64,000 bases of DNA from a virus. The DNA is taken from positions 1-64,000 of IMG/VR virus record IMGVR_UViG_3300047325_000170; one strand, written 5' to 3'. Position numbers and translations under genes: made by a program. This document shows, in pieces, positions 47,819-56,500 of this stretch (position 1 is the stretch's first letter; each line of letters opens with the position of its first letter). Under the pieces are notes generated by a model, which did no database searches, was not told where the DNA came from, and was given only the letters and a program-made list of their open reading frames with translations.

Positions 47819-50800
47819 CTACGAGCGGCCTTTCAACTGATCACTCGCGTCCTTGTCACGGTCGCGGGTCGTGCGGCGTGCGTCTTGCATATCGACGTTC
47901 ACCTGGGCCCCAATGGCGTTGCTGATCCCGGCACGGAGCGCTTCGGGGCTTGACATGTCCCCGTTCCGACTTGCACGTACCTGGATGTTGTAGCTCTGGG
48001 CCGAGCCACCGGTGTCGTTACTCATGACGCGGGTGCGGCCGCCCGTTGGGGGCTTGGGCATCTCGGGGGCGTCGCGGATCTCCCCGCTCTGTCCGAAGGT
48101 CACGGCTGCGGTTGCCAGGGCGCCTGCGCCAAGGCCGGCCATGACCCAGGGGTTCCGGAGTTTCTCCATCACCCCGCTCATTGAGAGCTTCTTTGCTATT
48201 TTAGCACCATCTTCGACCATTGAGCTAGCGTTTTGGGTGACCGGGGCCGAGATCATGTTCTCGGTGAGGTCCTTGGTCTCGGGCAGCACGGACTCTGGGA
48301 TGCTTGCCCCGATCTTGGGTTCGGTCAGAGCTTGGCTTGCTGCCTGTGCCTCTTGCATGCGCTCTTCGGTTGTTCCGGCGGCGTCGATAGCCCCACGTCC
48401 AAAGATCCGTGAGAAGATGTCAACCGCGCTCCGGCCGACTTTCTTCCCTGGGTTGGTAATAGTGCGCACCCAGTCCCCGGCATTCGCTAGGTCAAGTGGC
48501 CCGGCGCCGTTCTTCATGGCGGCTTGAGATTTCCAATTGACCGGTTCGGTAAAGGATTCAAACCAGGAGATCTCTTTGCCCCACTTGTCAAATTTCGGTT
48601 CCGCAGCCTGGCCAGTTTTCACCATGTCTGTGAAAGCCTTGAGGGCTTGGTACTTCCAGATATCCTTACCGGCTTCCATGTCCTCCTTGGCGCCCGCAAG
48701 GAAGTACTTGTCCATGTAGCTATCAACGTTCATGGAGCCAGCGCTCGTTTGCAGCAAGCCGCTTTTTTTGTCATAGAGGTCCTGCGTCTTGTCGATCACC
48801 GATGCTCCCGCCACGCCCGGGACACTCACGGGCTTGCCAACCGACTGCTGTTGAAGGAGCGTGGTGAAAGCGTAGGGGTCAAACTGATTGCCGCCCTTCA
48901 CCTTGAGGAACTCTTCACGAATGATGCCCGCGCCGGTATACTGCAGCGCTGCTAGCTCTCGTTCTTCTGGACTTGCTGCGGTGTTCTTGATCGTGTTCAT
49001 GAGCCGGTCTTGGATAGGCGTCGTCACCGCTCCGATGAGACCCTGCGCACTATCAACCTCGTGCTGCTCGAGGATCCTCTCCATCGTGCTCATCTTTAAG
49101 ATTGGGAGATTGGTATGATAGTAGTTCTCAAAGTTGGCGAAGAGCTCTGCTGTTTTGGGCAGGTTCGCTTTGATCTCTTTAAGGGCGGCTTCATGCCCTT
49201 CCCACGCTGCAACCTTGGCCGTCCATGCCGATTCGAATTGCCCGTGCAATTTCTGCATGATCGCCCGATTGATTTTCGTTCCCTCAAGCATGCCGGCAAG
49301 GACAACACGGACCTTGTCACCGTCCGAGTCACCATAGAGTGCCTTACGCAGACTGTCATGAACGTAGAGGCCAAATCCCTTGATGGTATCGTCGACATAG
49401 ACCTTTGCGCCCATACGACCGTAGATCGCATTGGGGTCGCGGTGCACGGTTGCCCAGAAGAACTCTTGTCCCCGCTCGTCTTTCAGCAAGCTTTGGCCCG
49501 GGACAGCGCCGATTTGTTTAGCAAACTCCCGAGAAACCTTGGCGCTGAAGGGTTGGAAGGACGCATCGTCCGCCCAGAGGGACTGCTGAAGGGGTGCCTT
49601 TAAGAAGCCCTTCCCGCTGAAGTCGAGGCTCTTGTAGAGGTTGTTAAGGAGACCCTTCTTGCCCTTGATCTGCGTTGCAAGCGATTGCTGGTAGGACTCA
49701 ATAGATTTATTGAGATCATCCAGGTGGGCAAGATTCTCAGGATCGATCCGAGCGCTGAGCGCAATCACGCGGTCGAGGGCGCGTTGCGATTCGGAGGGAC
49801 GGTAGCCACCGCCCTTTACGTCGGTGAGATCGGGGATCTCATCGGGGGCGTAGAGCCGCCGCCCGTTTCCAATATCGATATACTGTGCGCCACGCCCATA
49901 GCGTGCGAGGTATTCGTCCTTTGAGAGGACGTTCTTCGGTGCTTGTTCGCGTAGGGCGATCTGTTCGGCGGTCATTTCTGTTGCGCCGGTCGCATTCCCG
50001 AATTTCATCGGATTTTGGTTGGCTTCATACGCAGAGAGGTATTGGTGGAGCTTGTAGGCTCTCTTCTGAGTGGTCGGGTTAGCGAGGTAAGAGGTCTTGA
50101 GATTCTCAGCCTGGAGAAGGAGACCCTCAGCCTCGTAGGCCTTAATGTCAAAGGCCTGCATACCGGCTTCGTTCCGCTTGGGATTGAGGCGTTTGTGCTT
50201 TGCGTAGAGCGCTTCTTCCGCTGTCATGTCCGTCGTGGGCGAAGGATCATTGATGACGCGAGTGGCCAGCATCGACTGTTCATACTGCACGCGGTAGCGG
50301 TTCCCGCTCCGTGAGGTGAAGTTGGTTGTTTGGAGTAATTCCATGCCGCCGCTCGGATCGATCTTCTGTCCGAGCTCGTTCATCATGCGCTTCGCTTCAA
50401 GGGCCTTCGCCACGTTGGTCTCATCAAAGCGATGTTTGCCGGAGATCGCTCGGTTGACGACGTAGCCATTCTCGATGCTGAACTTCATACCGAGACCAAG
50501 CTGATCGAAGATCTCCTGCAACCCTTGTTGAAGAGCAAGGGCCTTCTGGGGATCCTTGCCAGCCCGCGCCATCATCATATTCATCTGACCGCGGACGAGC
50601 ATGCCTGCGCCTTCGTGCTTCTGGAGGGTCTTCACGAGTGGGACGCCAGAGAAGATCTTGACGAAGTCATCGTCCCAGGTCGTTTTCCCACCGTTGATGA
50701 CGACGGTGTTCTTCGACATATCGGCCATGATCTTCATGTTGTGAAGATTGGCCCCGGCCCCGAAGGCCTCGTTGATCTCGGGCTTCGCGATGGCCTGTTG

Positions 50801-53557
50801 TTCGTAGGCCCCCATCACCTGCATCATCTCGTCGGTCCCAAGAGTACGGACAACATTCCCCGCCTCGTCGAGCTCCTCGCCGCCAACGATGAAACCCATG
50901 CCGACATTGCGCTGGTAGGTGGGGTCTGCGAACTCCTTCCCGAGGCGGGACTCTACGCGTTGGAACTGCGTCATCGCAATCTCGTCCTCTGAATTGCGCA
51001 GGGGCACGGCATTGAACTCTTGTTGTGGTCGCGCCCAGGGATTACCACCGGGGACCACGTCTTGATAGATCGCCGCTGCGACGGGAGATCCCTGACGGCC
51101 CGCCTTATTACCAATGATCGCGAGACCCTCGACCCCCTGTCCGGGAGCGGAGCCTTGAATCAGCCGCGTGCGAATCCGCTGCAGTTGCCGGTTCTTGACG
51201 GACGTATTTGAGCCGATGGTATTGAAGATGCGATTTGCAAAGCTTCCCTCGAAGCCGCCTCTTTCATCCTCTTTGTTTAAGAACTTCTCTTGAACTGTGT
51301 CTCCGCCGGCGCTTTCATAGAGGGCTTTTGCAACGGCATTACCTTCCTTGGGTTCGATACGTCCGTCCTCTGCATTTTGAAAGAACTGCCTGAAGAACTT
51401 GTCGCGGTTGATGCGACTCTTATCGGTTGTGGCAAAAGCATAGATTGGATTGATTGTCGACTCTGGCAAGAGCAAAGCATTATGAACGAGGAGTTGTTCT
51501 TGTGTCTGAACGGCCGACGCGGAGATAGCAATCCCGGGATCCTCGGCCGTGGCATCAAGGACGCCCTTCCCGAGCTCAGACGTTGCTTGGTCAAAGAGTC
51601 CCATGTCGAGTTTGCGGACTGCGCGCTGCATGCGGCGGCCGACCGATGCGAACATGACTTCGGTGGCTGAGAAAACATGGAGTCCGCCTTGGATGCGGTT
51701 CTGCGCCGCAATCTTTCGTGCCTCGGAGTAGTTATTAAATGTCTCCGGTCTGACATGAACTGTCTGATATTTCAGTCCTTGGTTGATGAGCTCGTTATCG
51801 TCGAGGAACTCGCTTCCCCGGCCCGATTGCCGTAGGACGAGGTCACTGACGCCAAGGTACTGGCCGATATATTTGCTCCCGCCGGCCGTTTGGAAGACAC
51901 CGTTGACGTCTTCAACGGGAAGGAAGAACTGAGCGGCCCCGCCGGTTCCTTTTGAGATGGCAGCGTTCTCGTGGGGAGCAATGTGAACCCAGACACCGAA
52001 TCCTTGGCCACCGCCCTTGAGAGGGTTCGACTCTTGGAAGGAATAGGAGACCTTCCACTTCGCTGCACGCGGGACCGATTTTCCGTCCTTCTGCTCAAAG
52101 CTTTGAAAGAACTTGATACGTTCCTGAAGATAGTCGAAGGCGGCTTCACGGTTTCCGCCGATGTTGCCGTTCCCGAAGGCGACGATGCCTGTTTTCTTCT
52201 CAAAGGTATCAAGGGCCCGAAGCCGCGCGCGTACATGGGCGGCTTCATCGAACTCATTGACCTTGCCGGTCCACACTTTCTTGCTACCTTCTTGCTTCAT
52301 CTCGAAGACTTCGCGTGAGGTAAGCTGCGCGATGTGGGACTCAAGACCACCGGGGATCTCTTCCGTACCCATCTTGAGGCCCATATGCTGGCCTTGTTGT
52401 TCAAGGTTTTCAAAGTGCCGGCGGAAGAAGCCAAAGGCTCCCTCTCCGGTGAAGGCTTCGCGCCGTAAGACATCCGCCCCGTGGGGCATGCCAAGGCCAT
52501 TCACTGAGGTTTGCATCGCCTCGAGAACAGGGTTCATAAAGCGCTGCCACATCTTCTTGCGCAGAGCAGCGCGCATCGCTGGATGCTGGGCCGGATCTCC
52601 CTTGATCCGGCCATTCTTTACCAGTCGTTGCCATTGGTTCTCAAAGGCGGTCTCGAAGGTGTTGTAGATTGCCCGGCTCATCGCTACATTCTGGGGAGCG
52701 ACGAAGCCCTGCATCACCCGGTTATAGAGGCCCTGTGCATCCTTCGTGTAGACGCCGCCGATCCCGCGACTGCGGATCTTCGGGACGATCCCGCCATCGT
52801 CGGTTGTGACCGATCCGCGCTCGAGCAGTGCCTTGAAGCCGTCGGGATTGAGGAATTCGTGGGGCGACTTCTCATCATTCGTCACGCCACTGAGGGCCAT
52901 CATCGTGCGCTGATGAGTCATGATGAGATCCTGGAAGCGGATCTGGCGCGCGGTCGCCTTGGTCTGTGCCATGTTAAACATGAGCTGACCGACATCTTCG
53001 GGGTTCATGGTTGCAGAGAAGCTCTTGCCAAGCTTTCCTATGGCGCCCTGGGGGACGATGTTCATCGCCACCTGTCCGCTCTCGGTGAGCGAGGAGCTAA
53101 CCTTATAGACTCCAAACTGCTTGGTCAACTCGGGGTCCATGAAGCCAGCAGCACGTAGAGAATCCGTCATGACGTAATAGCCAGAAGGAAGCTCACCTTG
53201 CGCGATCTTGGCAGCGGTCTGAGCGCCGGCTGTTTTCATCTCCTCAAGGCGTCCCGCAGCATTGGCGGCCCTCTCCGCCTTCGTCTCGGGAGTGAAACGG
53301 AAGTCACGTAAGGCAACTCCCATGTCCATGTCGCGGATCTTCCGCCGCGCCGAGGTGAACTCAGGGAGATCCTTGGTGGAGGGAACCTTTGTGATCATGG
53401 CTTGCCAGACATTTGTGCCGCCCTCTTTAACAAACTTCCAGAGGTTTGCCGTCGCCAGATAGCCGCTGCCCCGCATCTTCATATAGACCCCACTCTTGGT
53501 GGTGTCTGCGCCTTGGGCTGGAGCGTAATTCTTAACTACCTTGTCGTAGAGAGACAT
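47819..53557 (-). CDS. Putative single-chain virion RNA polymerase (two-barrel, beta'-like catalytic core)
   Basis: 1912 aa with colinear beta' motifs SLATQIKGKKGLLNNLYKSLDFSGKG, VHRDP (R1373) and YGDSDGD (D1410/D1412/D1414; nt 49316-49333). Confidence 0.8.
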   Translation of the reverse strand: MSLYDKVVKNYAPAQGADTTKSGVYMKMRGSGYLATANLWKFVKEGGTNVWQAMITKVPSTKDLPEFTSARRKIRDMDMGVALRDFRFTPETKAERAANAAGRLEEMKTAGAQTAAKIAQGELPSGYYVMTDSLRAAGFMDPELTKQFGVYKVSSSLTESGQVAMNIVPQGAIGKLGKSFSATMNPEDVGQLMFNMAQTKATARQIRFQDLIMTHQRTMMALSGVTNDEKSPHEFLNPDGFKALLERGSVTTDDGGIVPKIRSRGIGGVYTKDAQGLYNRVMQGFVAPQNVAMSRAIYNTFETAFENQWQRLVKNGRIKGDPAQHPAMRAALRKKMWQRFMNPVLEAMQTSVNGLGMPHGADVLRREAFTGEGAFGFFRRHFENLEQQGQHMGLKMGTEEIPGGLESHIAQLTSREVFEMKQEGSKKVWTGKVNEFDEAAHVRARLRALDTFEKKTGIVAFGNGNIGGNREAAFDYLQERIKFFQSFEQKDGKSVPRAAKWKVSYSFQESNPLKGGGQGFGVWVHIAPHENAAISKGTGGAAQFFLPVEDVNGVFQTAGGSKYIGQYLGVSDLVLRQSGRGSEFLDDNELINQGLKYQTVHVRPETFNNYSEARKIAAQNRIQGGLHVFSATEVMFASVGRRMQRAVRKLDMGLFDQATSELGKGVLDATAEDPGIAISASAVQTQEQLLVHNALLLPESTINPIYAFATTDKSRINRDKFFRQFFQNAEDGRIEPKEGNAVAKALYESAGGDTVQEKFLNKEDERGGFEGSFANRIFNTIGSNTSVKNRQLQRIRTRLIQGSAPGQGVEGLAIIGNKAGRQGSPVAAAIYQDVVPGGNPWARPQQEFNAVPLRNSEDEIAMTQFQRVESRLGKEFADPTYQRNVGMGFIVGGEELDEAGNVVRTLGTDEMMQVMGAYEQQAIAKPEINEAFGAGANLHNMKIMADMSKNTVVINGGKTTWDDDFVKIFSGVPLVKTLQKHEGAGMLVRGQMNMMMARAGKDPQKALALQQGLQEIFDQLGLGMKFSIENGYVVNRAISGKHRFDETNVAKALEAKRMMNELGQKIDPSGGMELLQTTNFTSRSGNRYRVQYEQSMLATRVINDPSPTTDMTAEEALYAKHKRLNPKRNEAGMQAFDIKAYEAEGLLLQAENLKTSYLANPTTQKRAYKLHQYLSAYEANQNPMKFGNATGATEMTAEQIALREQAPKNVLSKDEYLARYGRGAQYIDIGNGRRLYAPDEIPDLTDVKGGGYRPSESQRALDRVIALSARIDPENLAHLDDLNKSIESYQQSLATQIKGKKGLLNNLYKSLDFSGKGFLKAPLQQSLWADDASFQPFSAKVSREFAKQIGAVPGQSLLKDERGQEFFWATVHRDPNAIYGRMGAKVYVDDTIKGFGLYVHDSLRKALYGDSDGDKVRVVLAGMLEGTKINRAIMQKLHGQFESAWTAKVAAWEGHEAALKEIKANLPKTAELFANFENYYHTNLPILKMSTMERILEQHEVDSAQGLIGAVTTPIQDRLMNTIKNTAASPEERELAALQYTGAGIIREEFLKVKGGNQFDPYAFTTLLQQQSVGKPVSVPGVAGASVIDKTQDLYDKKSGLLQTSAGSMNVDSYMDKYFLAGAKEDMEAGKDIWKYQALKAFTDMVKTGQAAEPKFDKWGKEISWFESFTEPVNWKSQAAMKNGAGPLDLANAGDWVRTITNPGKKVGRSAVDIFSRIFGRGAIDAAGTTEERMQEAQAASQALTEPKIGASIPESVLPETKDLTENMISAPVTQNASSMVEDGAKIAKKLSMSGVMEKLRNPWVMAGLGAGALATAAVTFGQSGEIRDAPEMPKPPTGGRTRVMSNDTGGSAQSYNIQVRASRNGDMSSPEALRAGISNAIGAQVNVDMQDARRTTRDRDKDASDQLKGRS

Positions 53558-56500
53558 TAGGCCGCCTGCTGAATCTGCATGTTCACTTGATGTTGCTGAG
53601 CATTATTGGGATAGAGCTGGATATCGATATCGCGAAGCCCCATACCATCGAGGACGCGATGGAGGTTCGCTTTGATGTTGCCGGGGGTCTCGCGGAAGGG
53701 ACGGATGTCTTTGATCCCAAGCTCACTGACTCGCTCTTCATCCTGCGGCCAGAAGCCTTGGGAGGTCATATCGAGACCCTCTTGCTTCGTGACAACCAGA
53801 CGGTAGTCGTCAAGTGAGTTCTCAGCCTGCCAACCATTCCAGTCCGCGGGCGGCAGGTAATGGTGCTTGAAGTACTCGATGAGTTCTGGCTTCTCATCGA
53901 CCTTTAGGCCATAGGCGGCTTGCAAGAAACGGCGCTCGTTCTTGGGCACCATCTTGAGGATCTCTTTCCGCTCAGGCCCCGGGGCCTTGAGGAACGCCTG
54001 GAAGAACTCACGCTCCTTGGGGTCAAGTGAGAGCAAGACCTTTTGGAGATCGCTACCTGGCTTCGCACCATAGAGTGTCGTCTGCGCGACCTGACGATAC
54101 TGGATCGCAAGGATATCATCACGGGTGAGCTTCAGCTCCTTGCGATAGGACTGCAGCTCGGAGATCTCTTGGTTGATCTCGTGCAAGCGCTTCGCTTGCT
54201 TCTTCTTGTCGCCCTTAATGATGATGCGCCGCTTCTCTTGCCGTAGTTGGGAGATGCGGTGCTTGCGATCATCGCCTTCGCGTTCGTAGCGGTCGATGAT
54301 CGCGCCGATGTCTTTGTGCTCATGTTTGAGAACGTAGGCGCGCGTCTTCTCGTAGAGCCCCTCGTACTTCATGTACTTAAGAATGTCGAAGTACTCTTTG
54401 GTCTCGCGCTCTTTCTTACGATACTCCGGTATGGGATCTTGTGACACCTTATGGCTGAAGGCAAGCGCGCCGGCAATCGCCATCGAAGCACCCATCAAGA
54501 TGGCGCGCGACTTCAACTGGATCTTCCCAAGCTTGAAGCCAAATTTGGTGTTGGGGAGACGCTCAATGAGCTTCCCGCCGTAGAGGGGGCCAACCCCGAG
54601 GAAGTACCCGATAGCACCGGCAACCGCCATACCGGCGATGCCTTGTGCGGCAGCTGATTCAAACGAGGGGAAGATGTAATCCCGGAAAGGGTGCTTCCAG
54701 TCTTGCCAATCCTTACCGTAGACTTGCGTACGCTTATAGAGTTCGATAGGTGAGTCAAGGGCCATGTACTTATTGTGAAGCAGGGTGATCGGCAGGTGCC
54801 CAATGCGCTCAAGGGCTCCGGCCCAGGCGATCTCGTTGCTCGTGTACTGTGCATGCATACCAGCGGGCGAACTATCTTGGGTCTCTGAGCCGTAGTCCTG
54901 ATCGATAGCTTCGCGGTTGAGCATCCGCCCATGGCTAAAGACGACAGCGTGGATGGTGTTGAGGGTATCCTTCGAGACACGCTGCGCTTGATCGTGAGCA
55001 TAGCCGATCTTCACCGTACGCCCCGGCCCGAGATTCTGGCTGAGCCAGGTGGTCGCATCGGCATCGCTGCGGACGTGAACACCCGCAAGGCGGATCGGAT
55101 TGTCGGGGTGCTCGAGCGTCGTGAAGGTATTATTGTCGATCATCTTATCGATATGGACGGTCTCATAGTCGAGCTGTGCATACCGGAGATGATAGGGTGC
55201 CATCGTTACGCGGTGCTTGCGCTGCGTAACCTGTTCCTTGACGGTCTTGATGCGTGCTCGATCTTCGTCGGAGAGGACGCCTTCGGGGAGATGCACGAGA
55301 TAGTCGCGGTAGCGCCGGTACTGTGAGGACCAGGGCGCCACATCACCGAGGATCTCGAGCTTCGTGACATCATCGTAGAACTGGCCTTGGCTCCAAAGGC
55401 CTTCTTTCGTCTCCTTGGCGATCTGCTTGCGGACATCGTCGACCTTTGCAATCGTCTTATCGTAGAGATCCTGATCGAAGGTCAGCTGCGCGGAACGCTG
55501 CTCATTTGGATTGTCGCGGTTGACGTAGACGATGCCGCCCTGCTTTGCGCCAAGCTCGGCCATGTCCAGGTTGAGTTGTTCGCGATGGCGTGCATCAATC
55601 GTGTCATGCAGTTCGCGATAACGCTTCTGCGAGAGGGTGTGGATCTCAATTGGGTTGCCGTCCTTGGTGACAAAGTCGACGGTTCCGGAGATCCCAAGCT
55701 TCTTGTCATCGTAACTGACGTCACGCTTGCCACCCGGCGACTCGCCGAGAAGCTCATGCTTGATCTTCTCATGCAGCTCTCCACCGCGTTCAGCGATTTC
55801 CTGTGAGTAGGCATAGAAGGGCTCGTGGTCTCCCGTTAAGAGTCCATAGAGTCCGTCGCGAGAGTAGCCGATCTGCGTGCTGCGTAGCTTGAGGTCCATG
55901 GCTGGTATTCCATGGAGTTTCTCGTAGGCCGCACCTGGCAGGCGCGCTTCACCGTTCGGGATCGTGACATAGGGGTCGCCGTGGAGGAAGTCGAGGAAGT
56001 AGGCGGGGTCTTCACCGCCCTGCCCCGGCAACCAGGTGGGCATTGTATTCCGGATCGGATTGTATTCGGTGTTGGAGTGATAGCGGTGGGGCAGGAAACG
56101 ACGGAAGGCTTCTGAGAGCCCCGGTGTCGGCAGCATGCCGCCGGTGTTCCAGTTATCCCAGTACTGCCGCTCGAACGAGGTCATCCGTCCTGCTGATTGC
56201 AGGGTCGGCAAGTTGGAGTAGGGATAGTCCACGGTGCTCGCCGCGGCGAAGCCGTAGATACCGCCGATTTCCGTTAAGGAGTAGTAGCCAAGACCGGCCT
56301 GATAGCGTGGATCGTTGGGATTGATGAGTCGCTTGAGGGAGCGGGGATCATTCGGATCCTGCGACTTGAAGAGCCCCGGCGCTTGCGTGCCTTCGAGCAT
56401 ACGCCCCGGCGTGAAGCGCTGCGCTGCCTTGAGCTTCTCGTTGGACTCACGGATCTTTTGGCGTGTCTTCGCCTTGGCCGAACCGTAGGGCGCAATCGCC

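Noticed and set aside
55420-55900. Cas4-like domain as evidence of a CRISPR-Cas system
   Set aside because: No repeat-spacer array or other cas genes were seen, and the domain is embedded in a tail protein.
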